Counted from the first letter of the stretch, positions 11,089 to 23,817 are shown. The stretch: DNA of 50,711 nt from Octopus sinensis (GCF_006345805.1 NW_021834197.1:1-50711); one strand, 5' to 3'. Notes: a model not told the origin generated them from the letters alone. Made by a program: numbers and translations.

Positions 11089-12034
11089 TAACTCACAAAT
11101 TTGGCGTATTGTAATACTCACACATACACCCATGTGTCAGTGTATATATCTATATACATGTACGTGTGTAGCCACTTAACTGTTTAATCTTCCTCTTTAG
11201 TCCAACATTAACAGCAAAATACAAAAATCTAATTAAAAGAAAGGAAACATGATGGAAATATATAGACAAACCACGGATGATTTTAGCTAACGAAGGGCTA
11301 TTTTCGCCATACAACATCCCATTTTCATCATACCCTGGTCACATCGCTATCCCCAAAAGACAACCCCCACAAAAAAAAAAAGAAAAGAAACTGGACTGTC
11401 TTTTGTTTTATTTTTTTAAGGGTCGCCCCTCGTTTTTGTTTTTTCTGTTGTCTTCAAACCACGTAAGCTTTTCTTGAAAAGCTTTCTTTTAAGGAATAAG
11501 AAAAACGGAAGAGGTTCCTAGGCGGATCTTTAATACCATTCTGTTTAATAATTATTTTTGCGGAGAGACAGACGAACAAGAGGATTTTACATTTAACATC
11601 CGTGTATATTTTTTTTGTCATTTCATTTTCAATTTAAATTATCTTAATTTTATTTTCCATTTCATTTTATTTAATATTTTTTTGTGCATAACATAACATC
11701 TATATTTATTGTATGTACATATATATTCTAGGATCGCCAACCTCAACCACATTTACTGAACGGTTTTAAAGCATATGTATATATAAACATATATATTTGT
11801 GGATATACGGATTACATATTGTGAACAACTTGGAAAAATATTTTTTTGAGCGGAAAAAAGAAATTTTGAATGACCAGAAGTTAAGAGAGAAAAGTGTTTT
11901 GTAAAATTTTTTATTTCGTTATTGGATAAAAATATTTATTATACACACAACTACATATATATAGTTTCACACATTTATATATATTTATAAATATATATAC
12001 TCATATTTAAATAATTCCAAAACAAAAAAGCAAG

Positions 12035-12572
12035 ATGCCTGATTCAGGAGAAATAGATGTTCTTACACCAACATTAAGTTTACCAGAACGAAGAAGGGCT
12101 GGATTGAAACTGGAATTCGGTTCTTTGAATGTCGTGAGCAAGAAATGCAAACTGGAAAGTTTATCAGCCGATGTCGGCCTGTCTGATATGTCGAACGGTA
12201 CTTTACGCCGGGCGCGAACTATAACCACCAACGAACTGGCCGGACGTTTGTCGTCGGGTCGCGCAAAAAGTATGCTGATTGTTGACTGTCGGCCCTTCTT
12301 GGAGTACAATATGTCACACATACGGGGCGCAATCAACGTCAACTGCATCGATCGGTTAAACCGCAAAAAACTGCAACAAAAGGGTAAAGTGGCTCTGGTC
12401 GACTTGGTCACCACGAAGGAGGGCAAAGAGATGTTTCGGAGACGGTCTGCCAAGGAGATTATCTTGTACGACACTTGTACGAGAGATGAAAGCCACTTAA
12501 GCAGGGACAATGCAATCACAGCCATCCTCAGTTTACTGTACTGGGAGGGAAAAGAGGCATTTATTTTAAAAG
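12035..12572 (+). CDS. DUSP10: Dual-specificity MAPK phosphatase (MKP5-type), coding exon 1: N-terminus plus rhodanese/Cdc25-homology MAPK-binding domain
   Basis: ATG at 12035. The translation contains IVDCRPFLEYNMSHIRGAINVNC, DRLNRKKLQQKGKVALVDLV (KIM) and EGKEAFILKG, closely matching the vertebrate DUSP10 rhodanese domain as I recall it. Donor G|GTGAGT at 12572/12573, phase 1. Confidence 0.95.
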
Positions 12573-12789
12573 GTGAGTTTTTTCAAGGCCTTTTTCTACA
12601 TCTTGTTTTGTTGTTTTGTAAATATATTTGATATTATTTTCGTGTGTTGTTAAGATTTAGGGATCTATTTCATGACTTTGTCAGAGAAGGGGCAGCATTT
12701 ACGACAGCTCTGTTGGATAGGGTCAGCAGCGTATATGAACCCTTCCAGGATTTCCAAGACTGGTTGGTAGGGGCAGTAGTGCCCATGAC

Positions 12790-14140
12790 TTCTTTCGCGG
12801 CTTCAACTGGGGGCAAACAATAACAAAGAAGGACCTATTGTATAACGTAATCATATCTACTTTATATCTGATTAACAGACTGGATAGGCATGTCTGGGAC
12901 ATCTCTGTTCATAAGTGCACCATGGTATCAGATAGAACATCTTTGATCGTGGCTCTACTGGATCAAGCCTGACTTGAGGCCAAACGATAACAAAGACGGA
13001 CACATCAGATAATGCAGTCTCGGGTAACCTATACCTGAATTAATTACAAGATGGTCACAGCAAGATCAGATCTGCCCGATCACAACTGATAGAGCTGAAC
13101 AATGACAACAGAACCATCTTTCGTTTATCTCCATTTGTACAGCACTTCTCATATATTGTGCCATGTATGTTGTTGTACGAATAGCAGGTCAACCCTAAAA
13201 ATGTAGACAGACCCTAAGGTCAAAGGGCATCGTATTTCTTCTCTCTTTTGTTTTCATGTTTAATTTTTGCTTATGAAATAGTGTAACTCCTCACTCACCC
13301 ATTTCTCAAGCCCCAGGAGAAAAGGTGAGAGGTTCTCGAATCAATTCTAACCCTTTACCTTAATGACTGACGAAAGAAAAGTTTTGTGACTCCTTATGCA
13401 GCCCCATCCCTGAAGGGTTTGAGTTGGGGTGATTCCCCTGTTCCCTTCTATCGCTCTACAGCTCGCCAACCTTCCAAATAACCCAGACGAACAGTTTATC
13501 TGATGTCGCCTAAAGATGCGATTTGAGGAAAATTTGGTCGCAGCTTTTAGCATTTGCAAGCCACCACGTAGAGGTCTCTCGTTGATTGGCGGCGAGTGTC
13601 AAATGCTGTTGTTATTTAGCTCCGGGTCAGTCTTGATCCAGGAGACCTATGATCAAAAGCGTTCCAGCTGTGACCACCCCGTCCTTTACTCCGACATAGT
13701 GTATCTAGAACTATATTATCTAACGTGTCCTTCTCTTTCCTGTTGTTGTTGTGTAGCCCAGGGTCAGTCCTGGTCAAGCAGACCTATGATCAAAAGTATT
13801 CCAGCTGTGATTATTTTATCTTTTATTCATAGTGTATCTAGGACTACATTATCTAATGTGTCCCTCCTTGTTGCTGCTGATTAGCCCCAGGTCAGTCCTG
13901 ATCCAGTAGACCTATGTTCAAAGACGTTCCCGCTGCGACCATCCTGTCTTTTATTCTGACACACTATATCTTGGATTTTATAAATCCTTGTTGTTTAGCC
14001 TCCTTGTTGTTTAGCCCCAGGATCTATGATCAAAGGCATTCCTGCTGTGACCACCCTGTCTTTTTATTCAGACATAGTTTCTTGAACTACATTATGTAAT
14101 GTCCTTCCTGATTTCTTTTTATAGACTGTAAGGCTCAATA
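12790..14140. repeat. Repeat family G: degenerate (-) copies 12790-13110 and a (+) tandem array of ~130-bp units at 13615-14140
   Basis: Recurring GGTCAGTCCTGATC..AGACCTATGATCAAAG..TTCCAGCTGTGACC..ATAGTGTATCTAGGACTACATTATCTAATG at 13619, 13756, 13884 and 14013. Further copies lie at 28590-28920. Confidence 0.75.
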
Positions 14141-14189
14141 TGAGAGACATTCAGCTGCTATTTCTAACATGTTGATTGCTCACAGTCTT

Positions 14190-15775
14190 CCTCTTGCAGT
14201 GAGTGCACCAGCTGTTTTTGCACATATTGCACTAATCTGCAGCCCTTGTTCGCTATTCAGTTGCACCCGTGTTTAGTGCTAATGTTGAGAACGTTGCATG
14301 TGTTGTTGGTTGCAGTGGGTGCAATTTCTAAATGTTGCTAATTCAACATTGCAAATTTCATTTGCAGGTATTTACTGTAGTTACGTTTCTGCATTTGATG
14401 TTTTAAAAAGTAGTTGCAGTTGCAGCAAATGCTGTTAATATGAATGCATTAGTTGCACTTATATTTCCGACACTGCACCCGAGTGCAACTGCGATTCCTT
14501 TTAATACAGGTGTAGCTTTTAATTGCAGTCGTACCTGCTCACAATACAGCTATAGATTGCATTTTCAGGTGCATGTGTTAGCAATACCTGTCTACGTATA
14601 TTGCAATTATTAGCGCATATGTTAAAGAAGTAACTGCAAAATGCAGGTGCATGTTTGCAATACAGCTGTAAGTTGCAAATCCAGATTGCACGTGTTAGCA
14701 ATAAAGCTGTATACTGCACAATAACACACGTTAGCAGCACTACCTAAAGGTTGCAAAAGCAGGTGCACATATTAACCATGCACATGTTTACAATTCAGTT
14801 GTAGGTTGTAATTGGTGTTGCTCTTGTTAAAATGCAGAATATTTGCAGCTGTTGGTAGCGATATCGTTGCAGTTTTATTCACAAAGTATATTGTTGCAAA
14901 TATTGCATTTTGTAAATGCAGCAGTCCTTATTACTGCAGATTCAGTTTGATGTTGGATTTTTAGTGGTATGCACCTGCAACCGTGTCACAACTGCAGATG
15001 TTGCAATTGTTTTAGCACCTGCAGCTGTTGTGACGATTGCAACGGTTTTCTACAGCACCTGCGTTTGATTTTGCAACGACTGCAGGTGCAGTTTTTGTCT
15101 GAAGGTGTTACACCATTTGTCCGTTGCTGCAGTTACTGCATTTGTTTTAGTAATATGCAAACATGCTTAATTGTTGCAATGTTTGCAATATTTGTGGCAG
15201 CTGCACCTCTCCCCTTGTTGCATCTATACAGCTGCAATCTTTTGACTGTTAACAAAAAAAAACCCTGCACTTTTAACAAATGCTTCTACAATTGCACCTT
15301 CCATGTGAATTACAAACACGTGCATCTGTAATTTTATTGAATTATTCCTTGCAGCTGTTTGCGTTGTTGCAACTTTTGCAGATGTCTTGCAATTAATGTC
15401 TAAAGTGATTGCACCTGTCGCTGCAAAATTAGCAATTTGCTGTTGCAGTTTACGTATCAATGAATGCAGTTGCATATATTATTGTTGCTGTATCTTTTCT
15501 TCTTCGTTCCCTGGAACCTGTACTATCGCAAAATTCCGTAGGTGTCTTGCAATCAGTGTTGGTTCCTCCGTCGCCGTTGCAATTCGTGCAGGTATCGTTG
15601 CAGCCTGTCTCTTTCGAGTGGTTGCACCTGTCATTGGAATGAATATTCGCAAATTGCTGTTGCGGGCCGCTGTTGTTTCAAGGATTGCAGTTTTGTATAT
15701 ATGTTGTTGGTACGGTTGTTGCAGTTGCATGCATGCATGCTCCAAGACATTTTTTCGTGCACACGATGATGCATT
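14190..15775. repeat. Aperiodic TGCA-enriched cryptic simple sequence
   Basis: About 80 TGCA tetramers by hand count in about 1.6 kb. Confidence 0.8.
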
Positions 15776-15829
15776 TCAAGAGTTTTGGAAACAGTGTGAT
15801 CGTTGTGATATTCTTGAAGATGATGTCAT

Positions 15830-16400
15830 TGATGGTAGGATGGTGGTGGTGGTGGTGTTAGTGGTGGAACTAGTCTTACATATTGTGGTGGTGGTGGTGG
15901 AGCTAGCCAGGCATGTTGTGGTAGTGGTGATAGTAGATGTGTTGCTGTGCTGGTGTTAAGAGATGTGATGGTTGTAGTAGTGTTAGTGGTGGAACCTGTT
16001 GTACATGTGGTTACTGTTAGGCGTGGTGGTTGTGGCGGTGGTAGTAGAGGTTCTAGCGGAGCTGGTCATGCATGTTGTGGTTGTTGTGGTAGTTGTACAT
16101 GTGGTGGTTATAGTGGTGTTAAGCCATACATATTGTTGTGGTGGTAGTTTTGACGGTTGTGGTGGTTGCTGCGGTAGTATGGGCTTGGTAGTTATAGCAG
16201 TGGTGTTTGGTGGTGGTAGTAATAGTAGTATAAGCGGTTGTTGTAGAGGTGATAGTAGTAACTATAGTACTTGTGGTAGTATTTGTAGTGGTGTCACTGT
16301 TTATACATGCTGTGGTTTCGGTTGTAGTATTTATGGTGCTGTCAGATGTCGTATCGTTTGTCATTGATGTTGTAGTATAGGTGGTAGTAGTATGCTGCTA
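15830..16400. repeat. (GGT/GTA/GTT)n low-complexity block
   Basis: Read directly from the sequence. Confidence 0.85.
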
Positions 16401-16506
16401 TTGCACTCTGGGTCAACTCTCACGGAGCAAGGTTCCTTCCATGGCCATCTCTTCGATTTCCTTTCATTGTATGTATTTTAGTACATTATAGTTATTTAGA
16501 TTCGTA

Positions 16507-17070
16507 GTGTGATTTGAGGGAGATTTAGCTGCTATTTCAACCAAATCTAACTGCCACGTAGAGGTCTCCCTCATTGGCCCCTGCATACATATATACATAC
16601 ATAAGACAGTAAGGTGTGATTTGGGGGGGAGATTTAGCTGCTATTTCTAGCATCTCTAGCTACCACTTAGAGGTCTCCCTCATTGGCTCATACATGCATA
16701 CATATATACACAGGGTGTGATTTGAGGGAGATTTGGTGCTATTTCTGCCAGGTCTAGCTACCACGTAGAGGTCTCCCTCATTGGCTCATATATATAGACA
16801 TACACACACACACACACACAGGGTGTGATTTGAGGGAGATTTGGCTGCTATTTCTACCAGCCCTAGCTACCACGTAGAGGTCTCCCTCATTGGATCATAC
16901 ACACACACATATATATATATACACACAGAGTGTGATTTGAGGGAGATTTGGCTGCTATTTCTACCAGGTCTAGCTACCAAGTAGAAGTCCCCCCTCATTG
17001 GCTCATACATACATATATACATACAGGAGGGTGTGATTTGAGGAAGATTTTGGCTGCTATTTCTAGCACC
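16507..17070. repeat. Tandem array of ~105-bp units (GTGTGATTTGAGGGAGATTTGGCTGCTATTTCTA...CCACGTAGAGGTCTCCCTCATTGG)
   Basis: Units at 16507, 16614, 16715, 16823, 16930 and 17031 (last one partial). Confidence 0.92.
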
Positions 17071-17318
17071 CCTGTCTACAATACAAAGGTCAGCCCCACC
17101 CCACCTCTTCAGATGTCGGCAATGATGAGTCAGTCACGTGGTCATGTTTTTGTTTCTGCTATGATGTCATTGTGGATGATAATGTTGTTATTTGTTGATA
17201 ATGCTGATAAACGTGTCTTGCTGCTATCGGTCAGGTTTGTGATGCTGGGTGATGTCATTAGCAACCTTCGTTCTTACTGATGTGTGTGGGTGTGTGTGTT
17301 ACACTCGTTTCTCCTTTG

Positions 17319-17364
17319 TTTGTTTACGTATTTCTTGTTATTTGTACCTTTGGTGACGTCCTAC

Positions 17365-17401
<37 letters not shown>

Positions 17402-17448
17402 TATAGGACGTCACCAAAGGTACAAATAACATGAAATACGTAAACAAA
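17319..17448. repeat. Inverted repeat with 45-bp arms (1 mismatch) around an (AT)n spacer
   Basis: Arms at 17319-17363 and 17404-17448. Confidence 0.92.
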
Positions 17449-17749
17449 GTAGTATAAGCGGTTGTATATATATATATTAATAAATAAAACATATACATAC
17501 ATATATGTACATACCTACATCTATATGTATATATATATATATATAACAAATTAATAAATAAAACATATACATACATACATATATGTACATACCTACATCT
17601 ATATATCTATCTATATATATATATATATATATATATACATAGACGTACTTGTTTGTGTATACATAGATATTTATATAAGGATGTATGTATTTGTATATAC
17701 ATGTGTTCGTGTGTTTATATATCTATGTATGTAAGCACGTGTGCTTGTG

Positions 17750-17781
<32 letters not shown>

Positions 17782-18289
17782 GACTTTTACGTGTGCACAA
17801 ATTTGTTTATATACTCAAGCTTGTATGTATGTATGTTTTCATGTGTCTATATAAATATATCTATCATTGTGTATATGTATGTGTTTGAGTATATAAATAC
17901 ATATATTCGTGTGTTTGTTTTGTTTCGTTTTTTGGTTGTTGTTTTTTGTTTGTTTGTTTTACATGTACTTGTCCATGTTTTTATCTTTTGTTGTTTTAAC
18001 CTTCGACCTTTCACTTCGAACTCTGACCTCGAAACGTCAGATCGTGAAATGTGTCTTGTAAACATGAGTCACAAACACAACACACTAAAGCATAATTTTG
18101 TGTGTGTGTGTGTGTGTTTCGGTGGTCCTCATAAAAAAAGGCTCCTTGGAGTATCGTTCTTACCAAATATAAGGAGTATATAATAAAACTATAAATACAT
18201 GGAGTAATGTACTATGATAGTATGTTTCTCTCTTTGTCTATAATTTTACATATGTAAACATACATGCGTACACACGTGTGTTTGTATTT

Positions 18290-18761
18290 GTGAAATATAC
18301 ATATATATATATATATGTGTGTGTGTGTGTATATATATATGTGTGTGTGGTGTGTGGTATATATATGTGTGTGTGGTGTGTATATATATATGTGTGTGGT
18401 GGTGTGTATATATATATGTGGTGTTGTATATTATGTGTGTGTGTATATATATGTGTGTTGGGTGGTATATATGTGTGTGTGTGTATACATGTGTGTGTGT
18501 ATACATATGTGTGTGTATACATATGTGTGTGTGTATATGTGTGTGTATATATGTGTTGTGTGTTATATGTGTGTGTATATATATATGTGTATATGTGTGT
18601 GTGTATATATATATGTGTATATGTGTGTGTGTATATATATGTGTATATGTGTGTGTGTATATATCTGTGTATATGTGTGTGTGTATATATCTGTGTATAT
18701 GTGTGTGTGTATATATCTGTGTATATATGTGTGTGTGTATATATGTGTGTGTGTGTATATA

Positions 18762-18806
<45 letters not shown>

Positions 18807-18920
18807 ATATATATATATATGTGTGTATATATATATATGTGTGTGTGTGTGTATATATGTGTGTGTGTGTATATATATATGTGTGTGTGTATGTATATAT
18901 ACGCCTGTGTGTATATAATA
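18290..18920. repeat. Compound (TG)n/(TA)n microsatellite
   Basis: Read directly from the sequence. Confidence 0.95.
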
Positions 18921-19392
18921 TATTGATTATACATAGTAGTAACTAGCACACATTAACCTCAAATTGCTTATCCTCATACGTGTAATGAAAATAGTTATAC
19001 GCACGCACACGTGCACACACACATACACAAATACACACACACACACACCACACACACACACAACCCAGTATTTTACATGCTCTTCCGATCCATTCTTCCC
19101 TTCCAAAAAACCTAATCTTACTTTTCTCTCCAAAGTTTATAAAAGTCTTATGACGTCACACACGCAGAGATGCTGGCATTGTAATCGCATGCATCATTAT
19201 GGAATGTTTGTACCTGACGAGAAAAAAAAAATTGCACCTTGCATTCCAGCATATTTCTTGGCGCAATTTGTGCATAATTGAAGTTAATTGATCACTGCAT
19301 CTCAGCCTTGCTTGCGATTGCACTTCGCTACTGCACACATTCTTCATACTGCACTTAGCTACTTTATTGTTTTGCTGAAATTATACCTATAT

Positions 19393-19534
19393 GTGCTAAC
19401 CAACCACATGGTTCCGGGTTCAGTCCCACTGCGTGGCATCTTGGGCAAGTGTCTTCTGCTATAGCCCCGGGCCGACCAATGCCTTATGAGTGGATTTGGT
19501 AGACGGAAACTGAAAGAAGCCCGTCGTATATATG

Positions 19535-19569
<35 letters not shown>

Positions 19570-19772
19570 TTGTCCCCCTAGCATTGCCTGACAACCGATG
19601 CTGGTGTGTTTACGTCCCCGTCACTTAGCGGTTCGGCAAAAAGAGACCGATAGAATAAGTACTGGGCTTACAAAGAATAAGTCCCGGGGTCGATTTGCTC
19701 GACTTAAAGGCGGTGCTCCAGCATGGCCGCAGTCAAATGACTGAAACAAGTAAAAGAGTAAAGAGTATATAT
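19393..19772 (+). mobile_element. SINE-A, slightly 5'-truncated
   Basis: B-box, body and AAAAGAGT tail are present. Confidence 0.88.
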
Positions 19773-20029
19773 AATGTATATATATATGTATGCATGTGTG
19801 TTTAGTATAGTCAATAGTTTTGCATAGTGTGCAATGGTGTTATAAAACTGCAGTTGCGGTGCATGTGCATTTGTCTGGTATGACATATGCAGTGATGTTT
19901 ATTAAATGGATACAATGTGTGCAGCACAATGCATTGTTATGCATTCTGCTGTGCACTTGCATGCATACGTATGAATATGCATACATGCATGCATATATAA
20001 ATACATACCTATATGCACGTACATAAATC

Positions 20030-20480
20030 ACACGCATACACACACACACTCACATGTACACATACACACACACACTCATGTACACACATACGCACACACT
20101 CATGTACACACATACGCACACACACATGTACACACACACACACTCATGTACACACACACACACACACTCATGTACACACACACACACGCACACACACATG
20201 TACACACACACACTCATGTACATACACACGCACACACACACTCATGTACACACACACACGCACACACACACACGCACACACACACTCATGTACACACACA
20301 CGCACACACACACTCATGTACAACACACACACGCACACACACACACGCACACACACACACGCACACACACACTCATGTACACACACACACACACACACAC
20401 TCATGTACACACACACGCACACACACACTCATGTACACACACACGCACACACACACTCATGTACACACACACGCACACAC
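20030..20480. repeat. (CA)n minisatellite with recurring CTCATGTA core
   Basis: Read directly from the sequence. Confidence 0.9.
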
Positions 20481-20894
20481 ATCTTTGCATTTTGAGCATT
20501 CGCCCTTGTTTTAACTTTTAAGATTTTCACCTCCCCTTCCTCTACTCATTTCCTCTCCCTTCTCCATCTCTCCCTGTCTCTCTCTCTCTCTCTCTCACTT
20601 CTATCTTACTCTCTTCCTCTCACTTTACTACGACCACCACCACCACCATCAACTCTGATCCCTCCTCTTCCATCGCCACCACTAAAATCACAGCTGGCCG
20701 CCGTTTCATTGTTTCTTGCCGCCCCCTTCCGTTTGCGTTATACTTCCCCGACACCACCATCACAATAACAATACATCACCGCCACCGCCTCATCACAATA
20801 ACATTACCCCACCACCACCATCTAACAATATAACTACCACTACCACCACTATAACATTACCGCCTCTACCACCACTTCCAGAATCTAGGTTATG

Positions 20895-22859
20895 ATGATG
20901 TCATACTCCATATTTAGCTGTGAAACCCTGACAGCATGGAGTGTACAGGGTGCCAAAAGGGTTGCTAGAAAGAGCAACCAAATCTACTGCTGCTGGATCG
21001 GCGTGGTGGTATAGGAAGGGGTTCTTTGGGGGTCGGGTAGAGACAAATAACAACAAAGGCAGCAAGCAATAACAACAATTATTTCTGGAGCCAACAAGAT
21101 TGCTTGAAATAACAGCTAAATCTATAGAAATTGTTACATGAAGTCTGCTATTGGAGATCAGGGTTAAGCTAGGACTTCACAACAATGCTAACCAGAGGAG
21201 GCACTTGGTAGCTATGTACGTTAGAAATAGCAGCCAAATCACCGTTAGATTATTATAGGAGTTCCTTTACTGGATCAGGATGACCTAGGGTGGATCAACA
21301 ATAGCCTTGATATGTCAATAGGGGAGGTACATAGTGGCTACGTCAGCTAGAAATAGCAGCTAAATCTCTGTTGTATTATCATAGGTCTGCTTTGGAAAGT
21401 CATGCTTGAATAGCTGCTAAATCTCTGAATTGTCATAGAAGGCTTGCTACTGGATCATGACTGACCTGGGGTTAAACAACAACAACAACAATAATAACTA
21501 TCACAACTGATATAGCTACAGCTGGCCAACAAAGGATTCCGCTAAGTGATTGCTAGAAATAGCAGCAACATATCCGTCAAATAATGGTAAATCTGTTGGA
21601 TCAAGGCTGACTTGGAGTTAAATATTACAACTACAGAAGCTGTGATCTAAACAATGAGTACATTCTACGTGGTCGTTGTATATGCTAAAAATAGCAGCTA
21701 AATCTCACTGAAACCGCGTTAGCTTTCTGCCTTAATTTAGGAAAAGATTCCATCAGATGATGACGTCATTCCAAATACATTTAGCTCGATAAGGCGTTGT
21801 GGTCAGGGCTAGAAGGTCTTGTATCATAAGTTTGTTGTTTGTACTAATTTAAGGAAACCTAGGGTTAAATAACAATGACATACCAACAGCATACTCTTTT
21901 ACCCTTTTACTAGTTTCAGTCATTTGACTGCGGCCATGCTGGAGCACCGCCTTTAATCGAGCAACTCGACCCCGGGACTTATTCTTTTTGTAAGCCCAGT
22001 ACTTATTCTATCGGTCTACTTTTGCTGAACCGCTAAGTGACGGGGACATAAACACACCAGCATCGGTTGTCAAGCAATGCTAGGGGAACAAACACACTCA
22101 CACAAACACACACACGCATATATATATATATATATATATACACACAAATACACACACGCATATACATATATATATATACATATATATATCTAATATATAT
22201 ATAATAATATATATATATATATATATAAATACACACACAACCACACACACACATATATATATATACATATATATATATACATATATATGACGGGCTTCTT
22301 TCAGTTTCCGTCTACCAAATCCACTCACAAGGCTTTGGTCGGCCCGGGGCTATAGCAGAAGACACTTGCCCAAGATGCCACGCAGTGGGACTGAACCCGG
22401 AACCATGTGGTTGCTAAACAAGCTACTTACCTCACAGCCACTCCTATGCCTATATTAAACCACACACATACATATATATATATATACATATATACGACGG
22501 GCTTCTTTCAGTTTCCGTCTACCAAATCCACTCACAAGGCTTTGGTCGGCCCGAGGCTATAGCAGAAGACACTTGCCCAAGGTGCCACGCAGTGGGACTG
22601 AACCCGGAACCATGTGGTTGCTAAACAAGCTACTTACCACACAGCCACTCCTGCGCCTCAAGTTTCATATATAAAATTTTAAAAAAATTTGCTTTTAAGG
22701 CAGATCTTCCCACATTCTTCCAATGCCTTTTTTTTCTGTTCTTTTCTTTCTCCTGGTGAGGGTAAGATCTCACTCAATCTATGAAGCTATGTAAATACAA
22801 GGAGAACAACAGCAATTGTAGCATCATCCTGGAATGATGATGTCATGTGCTATATTTAG
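20895..22859. promoter_or_regulatory. Putative intronic CRE(-variant)/MEF2 enhancer modules
   Basis: TGATGTCA+CCATATTTAG (20896-20917), CTAAAAATAG (21685-21694) with ATGACGTCAT (21760-21769), and TGATGTCA+CTATATTTAG (22838-22859). Confidence 0.45.
21893..22658 (-). mobile_element. SINE-A full copy plus tandem extra head
   Basis: Full copy at 21893-22445 and second head at 22495-22658. Confidence 0.88.
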
Positions 22860-23029
22860 CTTTTATTTAAATCCAGGCGTAAACAATTAAATCACGGCTC
22901 TGCAGACTAGCTTAGAATTAATGAAGGCTTTTGATGCGTGTTATAGTGGTAGTCCTGAAGTTTAGCACGCGAAACCCTCTAAGCATTTGCTTTTAAAACA
23001 TAACCTATGGTACACTAATTAAGCCAACC

Positions 23030-23757
23030 TACTAGAAATAGCAGCCAAATCTCCCACAAATTACACCTTACCGTCTTGGGCCATGAGGGAAACCTCTAAG
23101 TGATAGATAAATCTGGAAGAAATAGCAGCCAAATCTCCCTCAAATTACACCTTTCCGTCTTATTAATGTTCATATGTGAAGGAAACCTCTAAGTGATAGA
23201 TAAATGTGGTAGAAATAGTAGCCAAAATCTCCCTCAAATTACACCTTACCGACTTATTAATGTTTGTGTGTATGAGCCAGTGAGGGAAACCTGTAAGTGA
23301 TAGATACATCTGGTAGAAATAGCAGCCAAATCTCCCTCAAATCACACCCTACTGTTTTATGTATGTATATATGAATGTATGAGCCAATGAGGGAGACCTC
23401 TACATGGTAGCTAAGCCTGGTAGAAATAGCAGCCAAATCTCCCTCAAATCACACCCTACTGTTTTATGTATGTATATATGAATGTATGAGCCAATGAGGG
23501 AGACCTCTACATGGTAGCTAGACCTGGTAGAAATAGCAACCAAATCACACCTTACAGTCGTATGCATGTATGTGTGTATGCATGTATGAGCCAATGAGGG
23601 AGACCTCTACATGGTAGCTAGACCTGGTAGAAATAGCAGCCAAATCTCCCTCAAATCACACCCTCCTGCCTTATGTATGTATATATATATAACGGGAAGC
23701 TTTATGAAAATAGACAAAAGACGAAGGCAGGTGGAAAACAAACGAACAATTGTATTA

Positions 23758-23817
<60 letters not shown>

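Noticed and set aside
12007-12525. 172-aa antisense ORF over exon 1
   Set aside because: It is a shadow of the DUSP10 coding frame with no recognisable motif.
12573-12631. ORF-track extension of exon 1, and likewise 30143-30212 and 30399-30526 around exon 3
   Set aside because: These lie beyond canonical splice sites, and homology to DUSP10 stops at the junctions.
15387-15959. 190-aa Cys/Ala/Val-rich ORF
   Set aside because: Its composition is explained by the TGCA-rich and GGT-rich DNA, and overlapping frames are similarly open.
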